Of a stretch of 64,000 bases of DNA, positions 1-14,368 are shown piece after piece. Every line of letters starts with the position of its first letter. The stretch's first letter is position 1. The position numbers were made by a program, and so were the translations under genes. The notes below the pieces were generated by a model that ran no database searches, was not told the DNA's origin, and worked only from the letters and a program-made list of their open reading frames with translations. The DNA is from Bigelowiella natans CCMP2755 (taxonomy: Eukaryota > Protista > Cercozoa): assembly GCA_000320545.1 (NCBI GenBank), contig ADNK01000157.1, positions 1-64,000 of the forward strand. Reading direction: 5' to 3'.

Positions 1-757
1 AGGAGGAGGAGGAGAGTTATTTATCACTTTCTTCAGATTATAATATACGTTACAGTGCGAGACAGCATTGATATTGCTAGAAACCACAGTGTTGGATCAT
101 GATTCACTGCTCACTCCTCCTCCTCCTCCTCCTCCTCCTCCTCCTCCTTCTCTTCCCATGATACAACCTCCTCCCCCTTCCGCAGCGGAAAGGAATACGT
201 ATGGGACTTTGGCGTGCAGCACTATGTGCGGCCAAAAGATTCAACGAACGTCTCGATGCATGAGCTGGTAAATAGTACAATGCATCAAAAGCAATCAACG
301 CACCACGTCGACACTGCGACATTTACTTTTATTTTCTTGCCTTTTCATCTCGATGGGGTGGGGGTGGTGGGGAGGGTGCTAGCAGATACTTCTCCTCTGA
401 CTGGATGATGGTGTTTGTCGTTAGCCTTTGAAACGGCCGCTTGTTGACATCGATGAGCTTGTGCGTCGCAACACCGACAACAACAGCAGCACCTCGTCCA
501 CCTCGAGCAACCGCACATTTGAGGCATTGCGCAAGTACTCCGAGCTGCAGAAGGAGCTGCAGCTTATCCTCGCCAGGAGGAACGTAGCTGCGGCATTGAA
601 ATCTCAAAATGCCTTTATTAATGGCAGCGCCCTCTACAACGCAACGACGGGGATTATACCTAACTCGAATGCCAGTGCGAGAAACACATCCTTCACACCA
701 CCCCACTCCAATATTTTCAAACACGCACACACATATGGGCATGCAGATACATTTTGA

Positions 758-793
<36 letters not shown>

Positions 794-1821
794 GTTAGAG
801 TGGTATTGTGTGTTTAGTAGCTATGTTTTGTATGCTGGATATGGGCTAAATATTTTGCGTTTATTATGTGTTCTTACTGTGCATGTTTGGAGAGCATCTG
901 CTTACATGCATATATACGTGCAACTTGCCGCACCCATCGTGTACAATTGTAAGGAGCCCCTCGTGGCTTCTTCTCACCATCCTCTTTCTATACTCATTTA
1001 TCTCACTGTTGTTGCTGCATTTAGCCGACGACTTGGACGAGTATCAGAAATACGCCATCCGACACGTGCGACTAACACAGATTGCATTGCAGTCCGATCA
1101 TTTCCCATTGTATTATAGACTCGTGTGTGCGTGTGCACGTGTGTGTGTGTGTGTGCACGTGTGTGTGTGTGTGCGGCTCGCGATCGATTGATCGATCTCC
1201 GAATGACAGTTGCTGTTCGTTGATCTCCTCCTCCCCCCCCCCCCCCCCCTCCTTCTTCCCCACCAGCATGCTGCGCTCACTGCGCCTAAAATTGTGCAAG
1301 GGGACAACGTGCTTGGGACGATGGACAACCTTCATACGCTCACGGTAGTATAGAAGCAGTGGTAGTGGTAGTGGTAGTAGTAGTAGTAGTAGTATTAGCA
1401 GTATGAGTAGTATGCAGTTAGTGCTGGTCGGAGCTCTCTCGACTCTTCTATTCTTACGCTTTCTGCTCATAATAACACCCACCACTCACACCGTTAATTT
1501 GACCATCAAAGTCCGTGGAGAAGGAGATTCAAAGCAGGAAAAAGCAACTCAGAAAACTCGCAAGGAAGGTCGGGGAAGAGCACGAATCGATTAACCACAA
1601 ATAAATAATCTCTTTCCGTCCCCCCCCCCCCCTTTCTCTAAGATGTGAAAAGTGAATGAATAAAAAAATTATCAGTAGACCTGCTGAATGCTGCCTCTTC
1701 TTCTTCTTCTTCTTCTTCTTATTGTTGTTGTTGTTTTGCTTCAAAACAAGGCTTTCAAGGCTGTTGCGCCGAAAAATGCTACCGAAACCACTACCGCAGT
1801 GTACATCACAGGTGCTCGCAT

Positions 1822-1876
<55 letters not shown>

Positions 1877-2894
1877 ACACATATGCATAAACAGCTATCT
1901 TTTCGGTTTTATAGTCTCCTCCTCCTCTTCCACCACCACTAGCATCATCATCATCATCAACAACAACAACAACAACAACAATCGCAGGATTGCCATTCAA
2001 CGCCACAACCACTGAGGTGGCGAAGACGTTCTCTAGATGCGGTATCATCCGAAGGGACGACAAGACTGGCGAGCCGAAGGTTTAACGTTGCCCTTGTATT
2101 GAGCCGCAGCATTCCCCCACCATCAAGATCGTGCTCATCATGGTGACCCCCCCCCCCCCCCCCTCCCTTCCTACAGGTTCGAATATACCACGATGAGCTA
2201 GGCCTCCAAAGGCGATGGGATCGTTATCTCCTCAAACGGCCGTCTGTTGATTTGGCTGTAGATCTGATGCACACACGCCTCTCCGCCCCTCGGATCTCTC
2301 TCCGATCATGACTGTCCAGCCAGCGCAGTTTAGGGACAAGGGGGGTAGGTGACATAGCTTTGCGATGGGGGGGGGGGGGGGGGGGGTGAGAAATAGATCT
2401 CAGCGAAATGCAGAGGGAGGGAAACAGCAGCAGCACTGAAAGAACAAGCTGCTATTCTTCCATCGTGTTCGCACGCACAGATACACAACAAGCATATTAA
2501 TGAATATTTCACTTCTTTTTCTGCCACCGCTAACTCCCTCCCCCCCTCCCCCACTCCCCCGTTCCTTCTCCTCCTCACTATCCCCCAGAACACTAGCAAT
2601 AGTCGGGGGAAGAGGAGCCAACGCAAGAAGCAGCTTCAGAAACAATTGAAGCAGCTAGGATGGGACGGAGACGACGAGGAGATGCCCTTGTATTGTATTA
2701 GTGTAGTTATTTTGGTAGAAGCAAAGTTTCGAACAAGGAAGAACAACAATAACAACAACAGCCACGATTACTGCCTCAATTCAGTAGGCCTTGGAGGAAT
2801 CTTTGATGTGCTAGCGATTACTATTATGATTAATATAGATAGAAAGTAATGGAGAAATCATGTGTTGAGAGGTACTTATTGCTCTCTCTCTCCT

Positions 2895-2948
<54 letters not shown>

Positions 2949-3077
2949 CGTGTGGCTTTTTGCCAGATATCTGATCAGCGCTGTTATCGAGAATTTGTTC
3001 GACCCGAAGGAGATTCAAAACCTCGGAGCGGCAAAGAAGAAGACAATCATCGAGGACGTTAAAACAGAGGCGGGGTA

Positions 3078-3114
<37 letters not shown>

Positions 3115-3115
3115 C

Positions 3116-3147
<32 letters not shown>

Positions 3148-3379
3148 AATATGGAGGAGGAGGAGGAAGGGGAGGAGCGATCTCACTTTCAACTAGCTGC
3201 TGCACATTTGATGTGAATCTGCAATTAACTCCTTCACTTTTTCTTCAAGTCGGTGCGGTCCCATCCTTAACGTGCGAGCATTCTGGAAGAATCCTGCTGG
3301 GGTTGTCTTGATACGCTTCAAACGGCCTGAAACCGTAGACAAGTAAGTGGAATCGCAACAGCTGTCGCGTATAATATCG

Positions 3380-3418
<39 letters not shown>

Positions 3419-4188
3419 TATTACATTTGTCATTATCATCATAATCATCACAATCATCATCGTCGCCGCTGTATCGTAGGTGTATCAGTTTAATGAACGG
3501 GCGTTGGTACGCGCGCAGACAGCTCAAGTGCTACCGATGGGACGGGTATTATTACATACGAATCAGTTATGGAGCGCAGCGAGAGTCCTTGTGACAAAGC
3601 GTGCACGTGTGTGAAGTGTGTGAAGCCGTAAGGGGGAAAATATTTCTTTTTGCGTCTCGCTGCTCCTTCTCTTTCGCTCACCCCCCCTCTTTTCTTCTTC
3701 TTCTTCTTCTTCTTCTTCTTCTTCTTCTTCCGATCTGATGAAAAGATTTACTGCCTTTGGAGCCGACAAAGATAGGGAGAAGATAGCGGTGCTGCTGTGA
3801 TGCTGTTCTTACACGCAAAATATTTGATGATACGGTGTTGGAACTCGGTGTGTGTGTGTGTGTGTGTGGTGATGAAGCGCAGGTTTTTGTATGTACGATC
3901 CATATCGGTACGATAGCTAGTGTTTAGATCTTGTTATCTTCTTCTTCTTCTTCTTATTGTATTTCAACAATAACAACTTAATTGATTATGCATGTAGCTG
4001 AGCGAGGCACAGAAGAGGGCTGATGACAAGGCAAAGAAGGAGGTTACGAATGCTGTGCAGCAGCGCTGTTTCTTTCGCTTATTTGCTAGATTGCTCTATT
4101 CATTATCATCATCACTATCATCCTTCTCCTGATGGTGTACAGGCGGAGAATCGAAAGGCAACTCTCAGCGATATCATCACGAAGGTAA

Positions 4189-4248
<60 letters not shown>

Positions 4249-4825
4249 GCGTTATTTGTAGTCGGACGTGTGATGATATCGTAGCTGTGTAGCGATCATC
4301 ATATTCGGGTGGGAATGTAAGTGCTATATATACCAATGCCTTTGAAATGCTTCACGCAAACAACCACGAGTTGTATCAAGAGCAAGGGGGGACAGAAAAA
4401 GAAAAGAAGCGACGCTCGAGGGCAATCACAATATAGTCGTTCTCAGATATCTTCTCCTCATCCTCCTCCCAATAATTCTCTTCGTCTTTGTCATCATCGT
4501 TGTTTTATCATCGCCGTCAGTTGGAGGCTCAGTACAAGCATACTGGGGAGGGGGGGGGCAAGGGCACCGGAGCGAAGGAAACGCAACCAAAGCAGCAGCA
4601 GCAGCAGCAGCCCCCCGAGAACTTTCCAACGGCAAACAAGAAAAAAGCAGGAAGGCCTTCCTCCTCGAGCCACCGATTAGATGCGGTACTATTGCTATGT
4701 TTGCTGGTGTGCGTGGTAACTAATGTCTCGCTGCCTGCTCACCCAATCATCAATCGTTTCCCCCCCAGGGCAAGAAGCGAGGGCAGGCTGTTGGAGGAGA
4801 GGTTGATGATGATGAGGACAGGAGG

Positions 4826-4856
<31 letters not shown>

Positions 4857-4928
4857 TTCATGATTCCTCTGGAACACCTTTCTCGGTTGTTAGAACAGCA
4901 CAATCACACATGAAGTTTGATATTATAC

Positions 4929-4997
<69 letters not shown>

Positions 4998-5493
4998 TGG
5001 GAGAGAGAGCGCAATAGTGTGTCTCTTCTTTGCCAAATTCAGCCTTATACATGAATGCTTTTCATCGGATCTTGCCCCTTTTTTCATCATCTTCTTCTTC
5101 CAGGTCACACCCTGCCAAACCGACGAGGAGAGTGTTGGCAGCATCGGCAGCGTGGGGACAGTGGGAAGCGCCCTCGATGTGTTTGAAGGCAAACGGAAGA
5201 AGAAGGTATTGACCCTGCGTACGCGCAGCACATGTGGTTTCAATTTGTGCACGCATGCACGGTGTGCCCATGAAGTTGAGCAGAAAGGCAGTAGCTTACG
5301 CGCGAGAGGAGGAGGAGGAGGAACATATGAAATCAACAACCATAATACATTCCATCGTCTCACTTTTAGGCTACACGGTTTGTCAACGAAATGATAAGCA
5401 ACGGTAAGCTCAACGCCATCACGCAATAGGCTTCAATAATGGAAATGTCATTTGCACGATTACACTATAATGGTTTCTATACACGCGCCCGCA

Positions 5494-5538
<45 letters not shown>

Positions 5539-5621
5539 TGTTCCTTATAGGAGTTCCCCCCGACCTTGCGTCGAGTATGGTCAAGGAAATGCTTCAGAAA
5601 GGCATCGCTCCCGCAGAGTGA
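1..5621 (+). CDS. HTATSF1: HIV Tat-specific factor 1 / CUS2-like U2 snRNP splicing factor (RRM + UHM), multi-exon, 5' end outside window
   Basis: Spliced exons give GKEYVWDFGVQHYVRP (~186-267) and RRM1 TTAVYITG|LPFNATTTEVAKTFSRCGIIRRDDKTGEPK|VRIYHDELG..KGDG..LKRPSVDLAVDLM (~1790-2270). These are followed by KQLKQLGWD (~2640) and the UHM IENLFDPKE..IIEDVKTEAG|RCGPILNVRAFWKNPAGVVLIRFK..|CISLMNGRWYARRQLKCYRWDG (~2968-3545). A low-complexity tail ends GIAPAE-TGA at 5621. Exon 2177-2344 has apparent frameshifts (see findings). Confidence 0.9.
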
Positions 5622-5959
5622 ATGCTTACAATTCGAAGTAACAACGCAGCAGCACGGGTGCTCGAGCGTACGTCTTCCCGTACGATCATCGCCTACTGCG
5701 CTCCGCAGTCAGCGGCAGGCAAGCTTACGTAAACTGCCCGGTGTGGTTGCTGCTTCCCATATAAGCAATTACGAGTGGGTGGTCAGTAGTCGAGGACATA
5801 GCCAAAAACGCAGGATACAATGAATGTGTTTTCAGCAGCACCACCCTGCTGTCCGGTTTATTGCTAAAGCATATGGTGTTGAAAAACCGCTTATGCACGC
5901 AAAATGTAGATGCTAAAAATAATGTATACCAGTAGTGTTACTGCTAATGCTGATACAGG

Positions 5960-6430
5960 ATCGAATGCTAGAAATGCTGCATGCATCGCAACTGCCGCAG
6001 CGCGGTGCCTGCCTGCTTGCTGACGATGTACAAAGTCAGTATAATCTACGATCACATTGTAGATGCCGGCAACAAATCACTTAGTCGTAGCATTTACACG
6101 AAAAATCGATACTATCGTATAAAGGCTTGCTGTATACGAAATCGATGCTATGCTCCTTTGAAATCGTAGAGAAGCCTAGAATGAAATGTTGGCAGGGGGC
6201 ACATCTAGCCATGCTAGCATGCTCATGGTAAAATAGTTAAGGTTCAGCTTGCGTTCCATCTAAAATACGCCAACAACTAGACAAGCTAGCAAGGTTTTGG
6301 AAGTGTCGCAGCAACCGCAGCGCTGCAATAAACGACGTGAGATGAATAAATAATAAGCTGTAAGGCCGGAGCGCATGCGACCATGCAGACGACGAAACTC
6401 ACGCGTAGCTCATCTGAACACATCTAGCTG
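5960..6430. repeat. Convergent-junction palindrome-rich tract J1
   Basis: CATGCTAGCATG at 6210-6221 and many CATG/CTAG/AGCT/TGCA words between stops at 5621(+) and 6533(-). Confidence 0.7.
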
Positions 6431-6532
6431 TATATCATATGATCTTGGATTTTTTTTAGCAAATACAAATTTCCAGAAAATGCTTCGAAAACAAAATTAT
6501 CTTGAATTTCAGGTGACATGACAACAATATCT

Positions 6533-6898
6533 TTAAGGCTCAGTAGCAGCCAGTCTCTTCTTTACGTCGGGATGGAGGCGTTTCTCAAATTGGTCGAACA
6601 TTTCCAGGATGCGGGGTTCTTTGAACCTGGCGGAATAAGATGGGCACGTATGAACGAGTATACCGGTGCTATGCACTTATAACGCTTTGTTCTTCCAGCA
6701 GAGGAATATACATCCAGGAAAAGATAGAGTGAAAGAAGGATTTAGACGGAGGAGAGGTGATAATGCTAGGCTAAGAACGACGGTGCCCCTCCGCTAAAAC
6801 GACGGTGGTGACAACTGTAACAATGACAATAATACCGTTTTTCATCGACTAATTTCTGCATCTGGATGTATCTTTTCTGTAAGACGTCCGGCTGCAAG

Positions 6899-6940
<42 letters not shown>

Positions 6941-7254
6941 AGATATGTTGATGGTGATAATGGCGATGATGATGATGATGTCGGTGATGATAATGATGAG
7001 GACTATTGTTATCATCATGCTGCTGCACTATGCCTTAATTGCCACCACACATCATCACCATGCATCGTGCTGTGGTGTTTTCTTCTGTTGTCGGCTTGAC
7101 GTCTTAATCAACAACAACAGCAACAAGAAAAACAGCAACGACGTACAATTTGAGAGAGGTAGTGTGCTCTCGGATCTCGTTCCAATCGTCAGAGGCAGCG
7201 GTGATGATTGCATTCATTAGTTGAAGGTCATCAGTCCTCCTACCAGTCGTTTTG

Positions 7255-7292
<38 letters not shown>

Positions 7293-7334
7293 CACCACCA
7301 TCACCCGCAGCATTTTGATTATTGAAGGAAATTA

Positions 7335-7369
<35 letters not shown>

Positions 7370-8380
7370 GACTCTAAAATGCTTGTGCAGCACTTGTGAC
7401 TAGCCTTCCTTTGAGAGTTATAAAATGACAAGAAAATAAACTGAAAGTAGGAAAAATCGGCATGATGAACAACGCATCAATGATGGTTGCTGCTGCTGCT
7501 TGGCTATTGTTGTTGTTGTTGCTGTTGTTGTTATTCTGAGCGTCGTTGTCAATAATTACTTCCAGGTATATGTCGGTAGCTGATGCTGGTCTACATATGG
7601 CCGTGAAAATCCTGACGATATCGTAAAATAATACATGACAGCATCATGGTGACGACGATGACGATGATTATGAGGAGGGGGGGGGATGAAGATTCCAAAA
7701 CTCAATTCCGAGCATCCACCCCCTCATCATCCTTCATCATCGTCCTTCTGTACTCCTCGCGCATGGCACTATCTCTCCCTTCTTCTCTCAGTAACAACAA
7801 CAACAACTACTACTACTACTACTACTACTGCTGGTACTGCTACTACTACTACACATAAGGAAGGTTTCTCCCATACAAACAATCATCACCAGTGCCATCC
7901 CAAGCCTCCTCCGATGATAATTGAACGTAAGGGGGGCGGGGGAAATAAGGCCTGCGGGAGTAGTGATATAGTAGTAATGTGTATTATGTGTATTGCGTGT
8001 ATACATGTATGTATGATACCGTGAGAAGAAGAAAAGGAAAAAGAAGAAGAAGATGATGATGAAGAAGAGAAGACGAAGGCACCGCACAACAGCAACTACA
8101 TAAATGCGAATTGTGTGGAGAACGAGAAAAGAGACTACTCCGACAGAAGCATCATATATAGCCTCAACCCGCATGTTTACTTGTGGAGCAGAGGGGGGTT
8201 GACACAGGCTGCATGCACTTATTACGTGAGCATATCTTCGAGAACAAATTCATGCCATTCCTCTGTTATCTTATCCTTGGCCCGCTCAACAAGTGTAGGG
8301 TCAGCCTGTTTGTCGTAGCAGCAAGCAGCAGCAGAGGAGCGAGAAGAACAAGGGCAATAAACAAGATATATAGGTATGCT

Positions 8381-8422
<42 letters not shown>

Positions 8423-8564
8423 ACATATATTGAGGATGATGATGATGATGATGATGATGACAATCAATCTTACGCAAGCGTTTTCATCGATATCGCTACT
8501 GTCGTCTTCAACTTTTGTTGCCTGTTGTACAGAGGTTTTGATATCAACAAACACGCACGCTCTC

Positions 8565-8608
<44 letters not shown>

Positions 8609-8752
8609 CAAGACACACGCACCTTTAGCACTCGTGTATTCTTGACAAGTTTGTAATCCTGCACTGTCCCACCCTCATCCATCTTGTAAGCGGCCAATCT
8701 ACGCACAGTCCACACATCATATCATAGGCGTGTGCGTGTGTTTGAGAGAGAG

Positions 8753-8810
<58 letters not shown>

Positions 8811-9071
8811 ACGCGTCTTCTGACAAAACGACTTCGGTAGTATGACCGACGCACACACTCGCAACATGGTGGTCAATGGATGTATGCGCGTGTATGGAAG
8901 GGGGACGAAGGGAATAACGAAGATGGCACTACTAGGACTGACTTGGCAAACAATGGTGTCGAAGTGGTGGAAAAAGAAGAGGTTCATTCTTAGATATTAT
9001 AGCACTACTCAATGTAGATTTCAATGCAAAATCAAGCAGCTTGTTTTCTTCCTGCATGGGCGATCCAACCA

Positions 9072-9113
<42 letters not shown>

Positions 9114-9331
9114 GTGACTGACCTCCACAAAGCTTGGCACAAAGGCGCGGTGATTTGCTTCTTCCCTTGAAAGTTGCTTACCGTCTTCGCTACGGCTTCC
9201 CAGTTGATGTCAACCTGTTTCCATGGTGTGTCGTTTTTTCAAGCAGCGTGAACAACGCCGAGGACGGAGAACTACGTTCAGCGCCTCCTCCTGCATTAAA
9301 TCCTACAACTACTATTCCTACTGCTACTGTT

Positions 9332-9366
<35 letters not shown>

Positions 9367-10455
9367 TAACCTTGTCTCTAGCAGCCTCCCCCTTTAGGTG
9401 CATCCCCACTGCTAGTACCACCTAATGGTGATGATGACGATGATGATGATGACGACGACGACGATGATGATGATGATGGTGACGCAATAATGATCACACG
9501 TGTTCGGTAAATTGGCTGGCGGGAAGAAGCCGCAATCCATCGCCTTTTTCATCAAGTGCCGCCTCCTCCTCTTGAAATAAAGTTGAAATAAAGAGTATGG
9601 CAACTCATGCTTAGGCACCACCAATAATACCTTGCTAAACACAGATGCTTCGTGGCCGAGTACTGTAATTTTGGAAGCCTTTGCCTCTTCCCATATGCCG
9701 TCATCTACCCATCGGTTGTCACAAGGAAGTCATGATAAATATTTCATAAGTAGCGGTGGCGAGAACGGATCTGCTCCCCACCCGAAAGCTGTGTGCTAAC
9801 GACGCACGAGCTTCGAACAATCAAACACACCTTCTTCCGTCAGGGATGATGAACCGGCTGGTAGCAGGAGCCTACTCGCACGAAAGCGTCCATGACAGAA
9901 GAGAGGGAGGGGGGTTATTAGGACAGCTAGGCGACAAAGACGTGAGAGGGGGGATTGGATATCAGGAATGGACGGGAGAATTTGCATGTACTTTGACTTA
10001 GATGATCCCTGATCTTCCCAAGATTGCTTTTGTGTCGTGCTGTCTTTTGCTTTGAGCCTCCCGCTGTGTGTTTTCGACTTTTCCGTTTTCGGCCTCTTCC
10101 TATTATTGTGGGGAAAGAGGGGGGAGGAGGGATTCGAGGAATTGGTGTTTACTATACAACATCTGTTGGTCATTACGAATCAATGAATTAAATCTTACTT
10201 ATCAGGTTGAAAGAACGTGAAGGCCTTCTTCTTCTTTCTCACGCGCTTCGAGCCAACAGGCTTCCACTTGTCATTCAGGGTGTCGTTCAGGAGTGCGAGC
10301 ATTTTGTTTACTCTGGAGGACTTCGCGCTTTCCTCGCGTTCTTCGTCTTCATTCCCGTCTTCGGCTTGCTCCTGCGCTTCAGATTCATCGTGAGCGGCCT
10401 CCTTTTCTTCTACTTCTTCTTCTCCTTGCTTTGATTTACCACTCTGCATCACCAT
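6533..10455 (-). CDS. Multi-exon nuclear protein with Myb/SANT(SLIDE)-like helical repeats; start uncertain
   Basis: Acidic and basic N-terminal exon (10455-10198). Later exons read EEALN|VDINWEAVAKT (~9280-9182) and PTYTWK|RTDDLQLMNAIITAASDDWNEIREHTTSLK..TTARCM|KRYIQMQK (~7615-6835), with Trp spacing resembling Myb/SANT. The last exon reads FKKPRILEMFDQFEKRLHPDVKKRLAATEP-TAA (stop 6533-6535). Confidence 0.6.
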
Positions 10456-10855
10456 CTTCCTCACGGTGTTGCAAAACCTGTCTGCTGCTTCCACGAGCGC
10501 TCAACTACGGACGATCGCCAACATCATTAGCTTCACTGATGGCGCTCCTTAAATCGGGTAAGTAGTCTTCAACGGTCGCCGGCCAAGCAGTTATTATCCT
10601 GGCAAAGCCAATTTCCCGCCGCCGCCTTTGGCTTCAGGGAGGGAAGGGGAAGAGAATGATGGATTTGACTGCAGCTTTTGAATGCCGTCAATGCCACGTA
10701 ATACCCGATATTACCGGTGTTATTGAGCAAACCCCCCGCTATTCCCGTTGGCGGACCAGGAAATACCCGTCATTGCCGGTTGGTCGAGTGGACCCCGTTT
10801 GGACGACAAGGAAGTTACCACAAACAGACTTGCCGTTTCCATTTCCCGGGGAGGT

Positions 10856-10887
<32 letters not shown>

Positions 10888-11102
10888 CCCATAGGTAAGG
10901 TCGCTCTCATAGTGGCGAGCTGAAATAAGTCGAGGGTAGGAGGTAGAGGAGGGTAAACAAATTTTATTTGGGATCGATTCAGGCTGGTGGCCCTAGAGGC
11001 CGAAAATGGGATTAAGATGCGAAATCGATGGGAATTTGCTGACCGCTGTGGCTCATCTCACGAGCTTATTATCTTATTATAACTCCACAGTTGAATCATT
11101 TT

Positions 11103-11243
11103 ATGGAAGAAACAAAGCAAATGGTCGCTTTGCTTTTAGCGCTAGCGTTACCAGCGGTGCTTGTGCCAACAGCAAGAGCGCAAGGTACTTAATCAGAGCA
11201 AATTCACCGAAAAAAAATCACATCAATTCGCTTGGAGTTACAT

Positions 11244-11333
<90 letters not shown>

Positions 11334-11340
11334 CATATTT

Positions 11341-11379
<39 letters not shown>

Positions 11380-12162
11380 GAAGTTGTAAGATAGTGATTA
11401 TGAAATTTTATGAGCTTGTTTGACGATGCAAATCGAAATTCAACGGACCTTCTGTACACAGCCCCAAGTCATCAGCTTTGCTTCGACTACTGCGATTTGA
11501 AGGACAAGTATGGCACAATGGACGCAACGCTGAAAAATGGCTTGCAGTGTGTGCCCCACCAAGGTAAACCCCACTACACTTCTATGCGTATAATCTTTGA
11601 GCGCCATATCTGTGGAGAGAGGGAACTAACATTGCTCTCTGTTTTCCGTTTCCCCATTTCCCCTATGTCAAAGGTCTTCATTTTGACGGAGTCGACGACT
11701 ACGTTGATCTGGGCGATGCACAAGTGGGTGGCCCAAGTAGCTTCGCCGCGTGGATCAAATTTCAAGCATTCAAATCAACTTCACCAAAGGACGGTTTTTT
11801 CCGCATCTTCGATTTTGGGACTAATGGCAACACCAACAACGTCTATCTTTCGACGACACAGGTCTCCACGTAGAATGTCGTACGGATCAATCTCAAGTGC
11901 TCGCCGCACGCACGAACGCACATACTCTCACCACTCTGTGTTACAACCGCTATGTCAATGGAGATGGCAGATCCATATTCATTTTGTGCTCACGAATACA
12001 TATTATGTGTTTAATTCTCCCGATGCTTAGGACAGCAACGGTCTGATCTTCGGAGTGAAAGATACAATCTCCGAACGTCTCCACACAAAGAATGATTTCT
12101 ACCGGATTCATGACTTGGAGCATGTAGCTGTCACGATCTCAGCATCTGGTATTATGTGTGTG

Positions 12163-12203
<41 letters not shown>

Positions 12204-13571
12204 AAAGTTGTACACGCACAGTCAGAGGAAGGGAGTCTCATCACTTATATTTAATTGGCTTTCCTTATACACAAAGGGGTGACAAAACTGTATCTAAACG
12301 GTACTTTGGTTGACACGAAATCCTCCAGCTTAAAGCCTCTCCTCGAAGTCACTCGCCCAAATCACTATCTAGGTGCCCGCAAATAGTCTCACACAAACTT
12401 CAACATCCATATTTTTTATATGGTTGTGTTGGTTTTGGCTTCGGCGATTTTCCTATCCAAGATTTATAAAATCTAATTTATGTATCCATCTCTCAGGAAA
12501 AGCAAACAAGGACTATGCGTACTTCAATGGCACAATGCGGTCTTTCAGTGTTTACCACCGAGAGCTGTCGGCCAGCGAGGTATGCTCAGACATAAAAAAT
12601 GAGAAAGCTCATCACATATCCTCTGATTATTCCTCGTTTCTTCCCAGATTTCGAAGTTGTACATGTACGGCGTGGGGGACAAATGCTTCCACATAAGGAC
12701 GCCGATTCAAAACAACCAGTACTACGTATTTGAAGGAGGCCACTGGGGTATTCATCCGAAGAGACATCTCACCAAAAGAAGCAGACTGTCATTTGTCTAT
12801 ATGTATGAGAAGTACCCAAAGATGGAATGAACGTGCTAGCATATTCCGTTGTGTGATGCAGAGAATCAAGCATTATGAGCGTGGGGCCTATTTTATGAGA
12901 AGCACATAGTTGATTGATGTGCAAGCGTAAGAATCTTATGCGGAACGCTTGGGTGTCGAATTATCTTCTTTTAGCCGAGGTGGAAGAGTACCAGGCCGGT
13001 TTCCTCACGCAATGCAGCAGTGCCAGCAAGCTGGTAAAGATAGATAGACATTAAATATATTGATGATGACGATGAGAATGATTATGGTGATTATTGAACA
13101 GAAGAACTAAAAATAATAAGTGTTGATTGGAAATTGAAAGACACACGACAAAAATTACTCCATACTGCATATGTAAATTCAAATATATATATATATATAT
13201 ATATATAGTATCTGATGTTTGTATCCATTATGTAAGTGTTACGTGTGTGTTTGTATAATTTTTGCACTACTCTACCCAAATTATGCAGGTGCGCCGGTCG
13301 TATTACAGGCGTGACACATGCTACATCTCCCCAGTCAGATACCCAATTAGTTATCTTGCAAAAAGAAGAAATTTAATATATTCGTTTATCTCTACGTTAG
13401 TTAGTTTAAATTGATGAAATACCGTATCGAATAATCTTGGGTTGAGTTCCTATTCATTTTCTCTTTTTCTGTTGTTGTCAACCATACTCTCACGCCACCA
13501 GGACGATGTGAAGAAATCTTTCAAGATCACCAGTGCGGGATGGCAGTTTTACGCCGATGACGTAAGCTAAC

Positions 13572-13607
<36 letters not shown>

Positions 13608-14337
13608 TTATGCATCCATCATTTCTTATGCGGGGAGTAGGTACGGTTCTTCTTTTGGTATGATGTTATGATCGATACCTGATTCAAATCGCAACTTGTT
13701 AAAAATACGAGAGATTTTAAAATCGACTTTCACATAATCGATATCACCGTCATCATCGTCTTCGTGGTCGCCACTGTCTCTGACGAATTCATGATTTTCG
13801 TGACGGCGTATAGAAATGCTCAGCTGGACTCGGGCCGATGCAAACATACGCAAAGGACAAGTGTATTAAAGGAGTAATCACAGATCAAGTAAATTTAATA
13901 ATCAAATCTTGTGTTGTCACCACTAAAACATACAAGTGGATTCTTATTGATTTGAAGCATTGACCCTCTTCCAATATGATCATCAGTACTACAAGATGAT
14001 CGACTGGAGCGTACATACAGTAGATGACACCTTGTAGGTTTTCTTTCGTATTTTTCCTCTCCCTAAAACTGATTTGGATGGCTCCTATCGTCATTTGAGT
14101 GATTTTTTGCTTTTTCCAATCTAGAAACACATTTTTGAGAAAAGTATTCGTGCCTGGAAACCGATTCGAGCATTGCAAAGGGCCTTTCTACATAGAAAAA
14201 TGGCTCAAAGCGGTCACTTCAATAGCTTTTTGCAAAATGGCCTAGTTTCGTGTTTTGTCATTTTGTTGTGTATGCCATTTGTACATGTGCTTTGGGATTT
14301 ATGTACAGACGTTCAACGTTTCCATTGTCTCCCCTTG

Positions 14338-14368
<31 letters not shown>

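Noticed and set aside
2309-2311. In-frame TGA in the HTATSF1 exon as selenocysteine or stop-codon reassignment
   Set aside because: The family-like sequence lies in another frame around this point, so it reflects a frameshift. TGA, TAA and TAG all act as ordinary stops in well-identified genes here.
9165-9181. Ultra-short (~16 nt) intron in the Myb-like gene
   Set aside because: GTAAGC..TTCAAG could be read this way, but no conserved peptide supports the join and all well-supported introns here are about 45 nt or longer.
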